A stretch of DNA of 59,239 nt, the filler included, from Porpidia crustulata (Eukaryota): the NCBI GenBank assembly GCA_964255105.1. It is 8 parts of 8 records of this genome, joined end to end, with 100 filler letters (N's around TTAATTAATTAA, not from the genome) between each part and the next. Parts side by side here need not be neighbours in the genome. Positions count along the whole stretch, not along the records: positions 1 to 7,329 come from CAXUWE010001352.1; positions 7,430 to 14,756 come from CAXUWE010001353.1; 6 more parts are not named here. One strand, written 5' to 3'. The position numbers and the translations under genes were made by a program. Positions 1 through 11,516 of this stretch are shown here, piece by piece. Position 1 is the first letter of the stretch; each line of letters opens with the position of its first letter. The notes beneath the pieces are model-generated. The model did no database searches, had not been told where the DNA came from, and saw only the letters and a program-made list of their open reading frames with translations.

Positions 1-393
1 GGACTAACCCAATACGCCGTCTGCACCTCCCTGCACAAAACCATCCCCCGCACCGCCGCCACCCAATACGGTTCCTCCATGGGCCGCCACATCCCGCGCG
101 CCTCGGCCGAACCGGGTGACATGCTGTTTTGGGCCAGCGGTAACTGCGTCGCGGCCAATGTCGACCACGTCGGCATTTACGTGCGGCCGGGGTGGATGGT
201 GAATGCGGCGCACACGGGGACGCCGGTGCGGGAGCAAGCGATTTGGACGTCGAGTGGGGGTTTGAGCATTTGTCCGGATGCTGTGAGGTGAGTCCTTTTT
301 TGTTCCTTTTTCTCCGAGGCTTTTGGTTTCGACGGGGCTTTTGGGAGGTCTTTGGGTGATGAGATGGCTAATGGCGGGTTCAGGTTCTGGTGA
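1..393 (+). CDS. NlpC/P60 (C40) peptidase, 5'-truncated by the window start; intron 288-383
   Basis: Frame 1 reads GLTQYAVC..IPRTAATQY..G..IP....PGDMLFW..HVGIY..G.MVNAAHTGTPV, the NlpC/P60 pattern after the catalytic DCS with the HVGIY His. A GTGAGT...GCTAAT...CAG intron gives the ending AVRFW*. Confidence 0.85.
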
Positions 394-1587
394 GGACAGC
401 TCGGAAACTTTGGGTTATGTTGGAGTCGTACTGCGAAAATGGTGTACGCAGGAAGTAACGAAATGAATATGAAGAATGCCATGGGAGACTGCGCAAATTA
501 ACTACCAACGCAAACATCTTTTGATTCTTATTCCGCACGCGTTTTCATATTCATCCTCCATCTAATCTTTCCTTACATCCATCCACCACCTCCTTGCACC
601 AAACCCCAAATCCCACAGCCACTTCTAAGCGCTTCCCACCGCCCCGCAAACCCACCCGTCGCCCTAAATCAAGCATGAGCGGGTGAACCTTGATAGAAGA
701 GAGGTCACATAAACTTCCAATGCAGCATGTTTGCTACTATCGCAATTATATGATCCTGTAGGCGTATGTTGTCGAAAAATTGCAGGAGCTTCTCTGATCC
801 CACAATTCCCGAAATGACCGTTTAAGCCAATAGAAACATCCCCTCCTGTGGGACATAACGCTTTTTCCAGCGCCCTGTATTCTGACTTGAGCATCATCAT
901 TGGATTTAGGGGAGTTGGAATTCACCGCCACATGGGGCTGAGGGCGCTAAAGATTTTGCCAAATCTTGCTCTTTCTGCCCCCAAGGGATAGATAGCTTCC
1001 TAGTAACAGCAACAGTATCAATGCCAGATCCATACCTAATATTCCAATACCATCATCATCACATCGGACTAACAACGGCGTTGTTCTAGCGTATCGAGAG
1101 GTTGATCAGGAACATCGTGGGATCGTGACTATTATCACCTTGAATGGCTCGAATGGGTGGGCCGATGGACGGAGTAAGATTGAGCCAATCAGTACTTTGA
1201 TGGATAAAACTACTATCACCTACTCGAGCAAACGTTGCCGAGACTAGGTCAACCTCGAGAGCGAAACAATGGTGATGAAGAGAGGTGATGGGATGCTAAA
1301 AGGGGTCAGCAGTACGAAGTTATTCTTAGTGTTTCATGTTCCTCCAACATCGCACGCTGACTGGCTCAACGTCACCTTCGTGTTGGCCTACTAGTCACAA
1401 CCGACTTCGCCTTGCTGACCGACCATCATCGCTCCTTCTTCATTCACTATTCTTCCGTAATCGTATTGACTGCTCCGCAAGTAGCGGCGCTCAGGGGTGG
1501 CCTCAGCATGTTTCATTCACTGCTACTTCGACATAAAGACATCAGCACACGATTCTTCTCTTCTCCTACGATTCTGTCGACTCCACT

Positions 1588-2910
1588 ATGCTGCTTCCCT
1601 GTGTGCGATCCGCTCTTTATGCCGCCATACTGGCTAGCGTGGCTGTCAATGCTGTCAATCTCATTGTCACGGATGAAGGTACGTGGCCGATAACCAAGAG
1701 CAAATGTTATACCGCTGACTGGGGTGCAGCATCGATCAAAGGTGCCGCCGGCACCGTGGCCTATAAGTTGATGACCTATTACACGGGCAACCAGACTGGC
1801 AATGAGGCCAATGTAGGACTTTTACCGAAACCTTACTACTGGTGGGAAGCTGGAGCTATGTGGGGAGGCATGGTGGATTATTGGCATTACACAGGCGACA
1901 CCACCTACAACGACGTCGTGGCTCAGGCCATCCTATCTCAAGCCTCACCGACCAAGGACTTCATGATGATGGCACAGATAAAAGACCTGGTCGCTATCCC
2001 TTGAGAATTATATACATTAAATGTGGTGGCTGACTTGTTCCTCTAGGGCAACGATGATCAAGTATTCTGGGGGCTTACAGCAATGTCAGCTGCTGAACGT
2101 CAATTCCCCAATCCTTCCGCCTCGTCTACCCCGTGGGTTGTGCTCGCTGAAGGTGTATTCAACGATCTGGTCTCACGGTGGAATACTACTCAATGCGGAG
2201 GAGGCTTGAAGTGGCAGTGGGTCGCCACCAACGCTGGTTTTGACTACAAAAGCTCCATCACAAACGGCGGATTCTTCCAACTGGCCGCTCGTCTCGCTCG
2301 TTATACTGGCAACAGCACATACTCTGATTGGGCGCAGAAAGAATGGGATTGGATGACGGCCATTGGACTGATCGACAAGGACCTTCATGTTTACGATGGT
2401 AGCAATGACTTGGATAATTGCTCCCGAATTGACGGCAGTCAGTGGTCTTACAACATGGGCATATTCCTCTACGGCACTGCAGTCATGGCCAATATCACTG
2501 GTGAAAAGTCGGTATGGACGGACCGAACCAAGGGTTTACTCGCCACCGCCACATCGACCTTCTTTTCCCCGTTCCCCAACTCCACATATGTCATGTACGA
2601 GTCTAAATGCGAGAAGCTCAATACATGCAATACCGATCAGTTCAGCTTCAAGGCTTATCTTGGAAGATGGATGATTGCGTCGACGCAGATGGTACCAGGT
2701 ATCTACAACACGGTCAAAGAGTTTGCCATTCGTTCCGCCGAATCCGCTGCTGCCGCTTGTACAGGTGATGAGGATGCTTGCGGGACGAAATGGTATGTTG
2801 GGGTTTTCGATGGCATCACGGGAGTTGGCCAGCAGCTCTCGGCTTTGGAGAATATTCAAGGGCTGCTGGTCAGCTCGACGCAGCCACCAGTGATTGTGCA
2901 CGGTACCTAG
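1588..2910 (+). CDS. Glycoside hydrolase family 76 (Dcw1/Dfg5-like alpha-1,6-mannanase); introns about 1679-1729 and 1990-2046
   Basis: Signal peptide, YYWWEAGAMWG, spliced GNDDQVFWG (catalytic DD), CGGGLKWQ, YKSSITNGGFFQLAARLARYTGN, WSYNMG, DQFSFKAYL. Confidence 0.93.
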
Positions 2911-3329
2911 TATGAATCTTCAGCATAGTTTCTTCTTGAACTTTAGCGATATGCATGCATTGGCGAGGTCTCATAGAACTAGCATTTATACATGGCAATG
3001 TTACATAGCTACATTTACTATTAGGTCAATGAAAAAAGGATTCTAGGTACTTCTGTTTCATCGGTTTTCACTCTGGCGTCAACTAAAAGTCTGTCCAGGC
3101 ACGAATGAAAACATCGCTGAAACTTCTAGATTCACTTTCCAGTTGACAACAGGCAACAGCACAAGAAAGGCTCCTAGTCATGTTGTACACATAGACTGCT
3201 GTATTCTCTCCGGATCAAAGAATTGCCTCAGAATTTAGCTTCTACCTTACTCCTGAGAGTTGAATTTGGCGCGCGGCTCCCATTTGATAGCGCTCGCGGC
3301 AAAGCCTCTCCAATCTGTCACCACATTGG

Positions 3330-4026
3330 AAATTTGTACGTAGATCAGAAACCTGTGGAGCTTTCACTTATACGTCCTTGTTGGCCGTTCGTTGCAAGTC
3401 TCAGCCTTTACACCTACGAAAGTACGCAAAGGTAACCAGGGCTCCGACAAACCCGTACTCGATGGAGAAGGAATTCATAAAATGGAAAGGCAGATGGTCA
3501 GAAATTCTCATGCCACAGTCCTTCTAAGCCTGGACCTCAGCATGCTTCTCCAATACTGGGAAGCAGTTCTGCTTGCACTTCTCAAAGTGTATGTACTGGC
3601 GGATTGTTTCCCACTTATATCACTGAAGAATCATGTAGTGGACAACCTAGTAGACCTTCTACTCGCCATCGACGCCCTCTGCTCCGTTATGATGTCCCCG
3701 TATATAATCCCAGTAGCTGCTTACGTGTACAAGAGCACAATAGCATCCAAAGACGAGTCGTTGACACCGCGCTTGTCGCTTTCATTTCAAATCAAGGGTT
3801 GTACTTCTCTCAAGATGACGTTAACCGGCTCCGAGACATTGACGAAGATCTTGTTGAAGCGCTCTGGAATGAAATCAAGGATCTTACACAAAATTACTTG
3901 AGTCGCTATGACTATTTTACAAGATTCGAGAGCTCTGGGAGTCTCATTCCGGAACAGACGCTTACGCGAATTTTAATAGATTCTTTACAGCGTTCAGCCA
4001 CGAAGTCCCGCAAAGAGATAAGATGA
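3330..4026 (+). pseudogene. Degenerate BTB/POZ-associated fungal protein relic (frameshifted)
   Basis: LLKVYVLAD....LKNHVVDNL and AAYVYKST lie in one frame and continue as RRVVDTALVAF in another frame near 3745-3755. This resembles the C-terminal helices of fungal BTB proteins. No clear start or intact BTB core. Confidence 0.4.
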
Positions 4027-4845
4027 GTGTTAAGTGAAGCCTTTGAAGCAGTCTTCGAAGAGGCAGGAATACGATTTCTTCTTAAAGTCTCAGGTACAAG
4101 GGTCCTATTTCCTGACTTTGGTCCAGGCGGATGGGCACATTTGTTCCTAGTCACAATGATCGGGAATGCGCATGGGCCGTTTGTTCTCACCATAGAATCT
4201 CACTACTCACACTAAACATTTCAACTACGGGGTTTTGCCAATAAGAAAGATCATGACGCAACTCATCCACTGGCAGAGTTGTCCCCGCCGCAGCGGACAT
4301 CAGACATCGTATATATCGACCAAAGGAACGACTCCAGTCTAGGTTTGGCGGTCTTGCATTACTTCAAACGCCAAAGTATACCACGACCCTCCGAACGTCG
4401 ACTTCTCTGACTAGCTTGTGCTATAAGGTACACGCTGTACGCTATATAACTCACCACCCGGACCAGGACAGTCAGTAAAGACCGTAGTCTAACGTGGCTC
4501 ACCTAATCTTCAAACAATGTCTGCTGCGTAATTTAAAGGCCCGAGTCTCAGCTGCGCTAGGATTCCCCAAACCCAAAAGTTGAAAAGCGGTGTAAACGAT
4601 ATGACTAGCCATTATCATTGATGATTACTGGGACTAGCGAGAGTGACTGTACTTCCGGTAGGGATTTATGCAATTATCCCGTTAAGATGAAAGAAAAGAT
4701 GCGCTAAGCTGCATCAAAAGAAGTAGTGAATGTTTGTGTTGATAGCCCATTCACTGATATTATCACACACTTCTCATGAGCATCCACCTTAACAAGTTTG
4801 AACAACAGACAATCCACTCAAACCACCTCTACCACTTACACCACC

Positions 4846-7159
4846 ATGGCAAACGACATACCCCCAAAAGATCACTTGCACCACCTTCAGTCCGCCGACC
4901 AGCTCAAATTATTGGACGAAATTGATAACCTCCGATCGCAGGGAATCAGTCACTACGTCTCACTACCTCAGCTGATCGTCTGCGGTGATCAATCGTCCGG
5001 TAAAAGCTCCTGCCTCGAGGCCATTTCGGGTATCTCGTTCCCGACCAAGGATAACCTTTGCACACGCTTTGCTACCGAGGTGATTCTTCGGCGCGCTCAA
5101 GATGTTAGTGTCGTTGTTTCTATTGTCCCGAGTCAGACAAGATCAGAGGAGGATTGCAAACGTCTTTCGGAATTCCGTCAGACCTTAGATAATCTACAAG
5201 AGTTTCCGGCATTGGTAGACAAGGCAAATAATATGATGGGACTCTCCGGTATTGGGAACGCATTCTCAAACGACGTCTTACGTGTCGAGGTCTCGGGTCC
5301 TGATCGACCTCACCTTACAATTGTGGATCTACCTGGTTTGATACATTCGGAGAACAAAGCTCAGACTTCAGCAGATGTGGCGCTCGTCTTGGGTATGGTG
5401 CGTATGTATATGGACAATAAGAGAAGCATAATTCTAGCTGTAGTCTCGGCCAAAAACGACTATGCGAATCAAGTTATCCTGAAGCTGGCAAAAGAAGTGG
5501 ATCCCCTTGGAGGGAGGACTTTAGGCATTATAACAAAGCCGGACACGCTTTCGGTGGGTTCAGAGAGTGAAGAAGGCTTCGTGGGTCTGGCAAAGAACGA
5601 AGATATTAAATTTCGACTTGGGTGGCATGTTTTGCGCAACCGCGACTATGAGAGTAGAAATAGCACGACCGAAGCTCGTGATATTGCGGAGGGGCTGTTT
5701 TTCTCCCAGGGTATCTGGCAAGACCTTCCTCGTTTCTCAGTAGGCATTACTACGTTGCGAGAGCGATTGAGCAAGGTCCTTTTGGACCAAATTAAAGCCG
5801 AGTTACCGAGCTTGGTAGACGATATCTCAAAGGGCGTTGCAGAATGTCAAGGCAAGCTCACTAAACTTGGAGGCCGTCGTACAACCTTGGATGAGCAGCG
5901 GCTATTCTTACTTCGTGTTAGTGAATCATTCCAGGCTTTATGCCGAGCGGCTGGGGACGGCACATATAGCGATCCGTTCTTTGGAGATCCGTGTCAAGGA
6001 GAAGGTTACAGCAAACGTCTCCGAGCTGTGATTCAGAATCTCAATCTCGAGTATGCAGAGACTATGAGATTAAGGGGTCATCATCGGCAGATTGTTGACA
6101 GCGCAGACGATACTGACTTCTCAATCACAAAGGATGAGTTCATTGACGAGATAAGCGACTTACTAAGAAAGAGCAGAGGAAGGGAGCTTCCCGGAATGTT
6201 CAATCCACTTATCGTCGGCGATATTTTCCACCAGCAGTCTGAACCATGGGATAGTATTGCTCAAGAACATCTTCAAGCAACATATTATGCTGTCAAGAAT
6301 TTTCTAGAGCTCGTTGTAGCCCACCTAACCGATGAAACCGTAGCAGATAATCTTCTGAGAGAGATTCTCAATCCAATTATGAGTCAGAAGATGGCCAGAG
6401 TGCAAGATAAGCTTCAGGAGTTACTAGCGCAAAATCAGAGTGGGCATCCAATCACGTACAACCACTACTTTACAGAGAACATACAAAAGGCGCGGCAGGA
6501 GGGAATGAGGAAGCAACTCATGGGGCGTTTACAGGGGCTCATGAGCAAGTACACGACGAAGCCAGTCTCCAATAACGAATCGTTTGCCGGTCTCAGCGCA
6601 AGTAACTTAACGATCGAAGACTTACTGTCGACCCTTATCCCAAGTAACGAAGCCGACATGGACCGATATGCTTGTTCCGAGATCCTTTTATGCATGGAAG
6701 CATACTACAAAGTAAGTCCGACTTGTCCTCTCCATTGGATGCCAAGACTTATATACCCATCAAGGTGGCTCTCAAACAGGTCGTTGACGGTGTCGCAATC
6801 CAAGCAGTCGAAGCTTGTTTCATCCGTGGTCTCGAAAACATTCTGACCCCGTCTTCAATTCTAGAGATGGATGCAGAGATGGTCAGTCGCATTGCCTCTG
6901 AGCCCGAGGAGCATCAGCATCAACGTGAGCAGCTTACCCGGAAATTGGCGGTTCTGGAAGCGGGCTTGGAGATTTGCAAGCGCTATGTTGGTCGCAGTAT
7001 CACGAGTGAGTCTTTCCTCCGAGGTCTTGAGACTGAATTGACTGAGGCTAACTGACAAACATAGAGCATGAATTCTCGTACGCTAGCAAATTGATTGATG
7101 GCTCTGCTCAGAAGAACGCAGAGGTTAAAAAGTCAGGCGAAGAATATGTACATATCTAG
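4846..7159 (+). CDS. Dynamin-superfamily GTPase, Mx-like fungal clade; introns 6712-6764 and 7006-7064
   Basis: G1 GDQSSGKSS, G2 CTRF, G3 DLPG, G4 TKPD, middle-domain RGRELPG and HPITYNHY, and GED AYYKVALK..VD.VA.QAVE after splicing. The last exon is less certain. Confidence 0.92.
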
Positions 7160-7329
7160 TAGCAAGTATTTTTTTGCTAGGTAGAAAGCTAAGAACAAAT
7201 TCTAGTCACCCAAATCCAATATCTCCATTCTCGCAAACGTGCCCACTCCAGATCCTGCTTCCCCTTCCACCCTCATCACAGATCCCCACGCTCAACCAAT
7301 CACTACAGAGCCCGCGCCCCCTTCCAGCC

Positions 7330-7429
7330 NNNNNNNNNNNNNNNNNNNNNNNNNNNNNNNNNNNNNNNNNNNNTTAATTAATTAANNNNNNNNNNNNNNN
7401 NNNNNNNNNNNNNNNNNNNNNNNNNNNNN
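7330..7429. other. Artificial contig spacer
   Basis: 44 N + TTAATTAATTAA (stops in all six frames) + 44 N. Confidence 0.99.
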
Positions 7430-7764
7430 GGAGGCGGAGGCGGAGGCGGAAGGGAAGAAATGATGTGGGGCTTTTAAAGGGATGGAGATTGGAGAAAACA
7501 GTTTGGGTATCCTCTCATCCTTTACGAAACAAGAAAAGAAAAAACACCATGAACACATAGTCGAAAATATCAAAATACCATACCCTCGCTCCCCCTCGCC
7601 TTCTTACTCCCTAAAATAAACCTAGCATCCTCCGTAAACATACCCGCGTATTCCTCATGAGCGTCCGGCGTATCCGAGACCGCGTAAAATTCCTCGAAGA
7701 ATTTTCGCTTCGCCGGGTCAAAGATCGTTGCGGGGGGAATCTGAGACGCATAGGATGAAGACAT
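7430..7764 (-). CDS. Small SnoaL/NTF2-like protein, 3' part missing or uncertain at the contig end
   Basis: MSSSYASQIPP...FFEEFYAVSDTPDAHEEYAGMFTEDARFILG has the F..FY..SD.......F..DA pattern of fungal SnoaL-like proteins, followed by a GTATGG donor-like site. Confidence 0.55.
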
Positions 7765-8370
7765 CTTTGGGGTTGTTGATGTTTGAGAGAGTAAGGCTGT
7801 TGAAGTTGTACTGGGTTATTCGAGGCGAAGGGACTGGGATAAGGGAATGTGCATTGATGTGATGGGATGATTGAGGATTTAGGAGCGGCGAAGGTGATAT
7901 AGGGAAATGGGTGGATAGGTGTGCGGTGCAGGACAATGGGCTACATGGGTGACTGCTTGTGTCGCGGACGGATGGACAGGATGACGTTGGGTTGGAGGTG
8001 AGAGGGAGACGGCACGCTAGGCCCAATTAAGGTTTATAAAATTTCCCGAGTTCATTATCTACAGCCAACATCGAAGGGTTATTCTTAGGAGACATACAGT
8101 GAAAACGGGTCATTCTACGCTTTAAATGGTACCTGTCTTACAGACTTATCTTCTGGCATATACGCTATTGAGATGGTCGACTTTATGCTCTAGCTGTGGG
8201 TATTGATGGGCAGAGTCAAGCTAATCTGCATTTGCACATCCTCGCTGGCAAAGGAGAGTAGAAACTGACATCCAAATGCTCTCAGGTCTTGTCAAGTGGC
8301 AAATAGTCCAATAGCCCTGCTGATCAGTACTGCAACCCCTTTCCTAGATAGAAATTGTGCCTCATCCTCA

Positions 8371-9114
8371 CTAGTCTGACCTCTTACTATCCTTGATTCT
8401 CATCTCCCGTAACATTTCATTCACACTCTTCTCATCCTTCATCTTCTTCAGCGGCACCATAGGATTCTCGCCCTCTTCAAGCTCACTCATCTCCACGACC
8501 GCCCATTTCGTACTGATACTCGATTGCCAGCTCTCGGGCGTCCTCTCCTTCCGCTGAGAACCGAACTTTAAGTTTAGCAAGTCAATCAGCTCTGTACTTC
8601 CGGGCTGGAGATAGGTGGTGGATATGACGGACCGAACGCCGTCGTACCGATATATCGCTGGTCGGGCCTGGATCTGGGAGAAAATTGGGACGGGAGGTCC
8701 ATATACAACGTCGGCTTGGCTACCAGGGGCCATCGGACTCTTGCCGGCTTGTGAGTTTTGTGTTGTAATGGAATCGTCGTTAGACTTTGATAATTTTGCT
8801 TCTGCATCGATGCTGGAGACAGGAGTAGGAGGCAATAAATGCAGTCTTGATTTGCAGAAGATCTTAGGGGGCCATTGTGGGTGCTGGTCCTTGAAGACTA
8901 TGATGAAGGATAATGACTCTTTGCTAGGGTCGTCGTTGTGTTCACCAGCGCTGTTTAGAGTACCTAGCTTGATTCCGCAATCAAATTGGTTTGAGACCTC
9001 GTCATGGCTATATCCGGTTGCTGGATCACGCTCCGAAGCTTGAGTTGAGGTATCTGGAGAGACCGAGGACTCGGATGCACCTCGTAGATGAGGCGGTACA
9101 TATCTACCTGCCAT
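8371..9114 (-). CDS. Hypothetical protein (247 aa) with N-terminal YVPPHLR motif
   Basis: Intact ATG-to-stop ORF with a globular-looking core (FIIVFKDQHPQW..IFCKS.LHLLP; YLQPGSTEL..LL..K; WAVV). Confidence 0.75.
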   Translation of the reverse strand: MAGRYVPPHLRGASESSVSPDTSTQASERDPATGYSHDEVSNQFDCGIKLGTLNSAGEHNDDPSKESLSFIIVFKDQHPQWPPKIFCKSRLHLLPPTPVSSIDAEAKLSKSNDDSITTQNSQAGKSPMAPGSQADVVYGPPVPIFSQIQARPAIYRYDGVRSVISTTYLQPGSTELIDLLNLKFGSQRKERTPESWQSSISTKWAVVEMSELEEGENPMVPLKKMKDEKSVNEMLREMRIKDSKRSD

Positions 9115-10029
9115 CTTCGACTAGGTTGTGGATGATGATAGAATGGTCACTCTTTGCTCGACTTGGCCTGTTTGCTGCCTGGTACCGAGGTCCTTTCAGT
9201 CATACAGCCGCGAGGATGCAAGGCTCCGCGGGCCTTATTGACCTCGATGGCAAAGATGAAGGTAAATGTGAGAGGCCCAATGCCCAGAAGCTGCTACCAC
9301 GTCAGATGGGTTTGGGTTTGGTAGAGCCTTTTCATCTACTGATGCGGTTGTACATCGATCTGTGAAAATCCTGTGAGCTGGTAGGAAATTGATGACTGAA
9401 AGTGAGAAGTATACATGATAGTAATAACAGTCGACAAGTCGACTAGGCTGCAAGAGTGTTATCTGTCCCTTGTGCGATTCATCCAATTACCTGAACACAC
9501 TGGTAACGCATCATGCCTAAGACCAAAAGTGTTGCAAGACAGAATGACACTTCAGCCTTGGGCACATAGATCGATCACACTTGGGCTGCAATCTACTAGA
9601 TGGTGTGAAACTGTACTCACTTATACATAAGCGATCAAGTATAGAAGCTCGAAAAGTGAGTACTATCACAGTTCCCTATCGCATTCGCCAATGATATGTG
9701 TACGTGCATTTATTTGTTTTGCGTTGCCATACTGTGATTTACATTCCCTGACGTGACCAAAGCTTGATTACATGTCCAAGCCAGCCAAGTACAAAGATTA
9801 CAAAAGGGGTCTGCTCGACGCTCGAGATCATTATCCACTTTAACCTCGTGGGCTAGTAGCTCCCACTCTTCGGTGATGGAAACCCTCTGCGGAGACAGGA
9901 CACACCATGAACGTAGATAGCCAAGATGCCGAACAAAGATTTCAACAAAACCCACCCTCATCGGAATTCATAAGCCGCTGTCCACTGTGCATAGGACCAG
10001 TCAAGCGCCGCTGGAAAGAGACATTTCAG

Positions 10030-11516
10030 TTATTCTTCCATCCTTCCGAAGACGCCCTCATCATCTTCGTCACTTCTGCTATGAGATATTGAACGTCGGT
10101 CATAAAACTCGTCATCTTGGCCTTTTGCGCCACCACTATGATCCAATCCAATGTCCCGTTCGTTGGATAAACGATGAGTCAGTGGAGGCGGCAGACCCAA
10201 ATCCGGTTGTAGCATAGGAGCCAGGCTATTTCCCGAGAGTCTGTGACTATTCTGGCCGGCAAATCGAGCTGGCAAAGGCGGCACCGGCGGAACGTCTGGT
10301 GGAAGGTGCACGGCACTGCTTCGTGGAGTACCAAAGCTACATAATGACTCGACAGCTGCCGATAGACCAGCCTCGTCTTCATCTAACATGCGGTAATTTG
10401 AAGAGGTGACTCCGGAGGTTGAAGGTCTACGACTTCCTTGGCGATAATGTCCAAACGACGTACTTTCTGAGGGTATACTTCCGGGCAGGAAAGAGCCTGA
10501 AGGCGCTGATTGATATGATCTCGAAAAGGTGGAGCTGCTACTACTATATCGCTTAGGCCTTCCATAGGAGAAATTCTCGGTACTATACGCATGCTCGGCC
10601 ATAGGGGGTGGCGTCGTCTCTGCCGAACTGAGGTCTTCGTCTTGAAGCTCCGAAGAACCAGAAGCTGCTGGTGATGCCGACGACTGATCGCTATCTGTAA
10701 TTCTGGTCGAGTCCGGAGGATCCGACGGATCCTGGTTCATCCCAACTAGGACCGCAGCTGCTTCAAGTAACTGAACTTGTTGGTGTTTGGAAATAAGGAG
10801 CTTCGAGGTATAGGACCATTCAGGTGTATGCTCCCATCTGTAACGACGAGGTCAATATAGAAGCTCTAAATTTACTGAATGGGTTTCACCGCAAGCCATG
10901 TGGCTCTAATGCACAGTACCAAGGCGGCCGGGGCGGAAATGATGATTCCGATGACCGAGGGTACAAAAGAAATCGAGCTTGGGCATACTGACAGGTGCTT
11001 CGTCAGACAGCTGCTATGCTTGTATCCTTTGCCGCACTTTTCACATTTCAGTTCACCACTGGCCCCCTTTCCTTCACTCTTTGAGAGATGTGCACCTTCA
11101 CTTGCACGTCTGGCTCGAGCCTTTGCATTGTGATTTCCATCAGCCAAGAGACTGTCGTCAATAGCGGACTCGTCACGTTCAAAGCCGAAGCCACCATCTC
11201 GGGGCCCCATATGATCGGCGAGACCCATCAAGCCAGCGTTACTGTCAGCGGTTGTAGACTCATTGCTACGGGCATTGCCACCATGCTTCAGTGTCTGGCT
11301 ACGACGATTCGAAAGTGCTGAGGCTCCATGGCTTTTATCATCAGTTCCGTTGAGCGCAGCCGCTATTGCCGCCGCACTGTTGACCGCCGTCGAAGTGATG
11401 CTCTTACGTCGTGTTACACGGTGGGAAGGGTTTATTGCACCGAGAGATACGGAGTGAGAATGATGCCGCGAGGACGAGTGCCGAATGGGTAGATTATGAG
11501 AGGCTATCGAAGTCAT
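10030..11516 (-). CDS. C2H2 zinc finger protein; intron 10838-10992
   Basis: Splicing gives CEKCGKGYKHSSCLTKHLWEHTPEWSYTSKLLISKHQQVQLLEAA, a conserved fungal single-C2H2 family, with Ser-rich flanks. Confidence 0.88.

Noticed and set aside
746..931. QGAGKS P-loop-like string in a short minus-strand ORF
   Set aside because: Lacks the first Gly of GxxxxGKS and has no Walker B or surrounding domain.
7374..7385. TTAATTAATTAA repeated seven times at about 7.4-kb spacing
   Set aside because: Synthetic six-frame-stop spacer inside N runs, not a biological repeat or CRISPR-like array.
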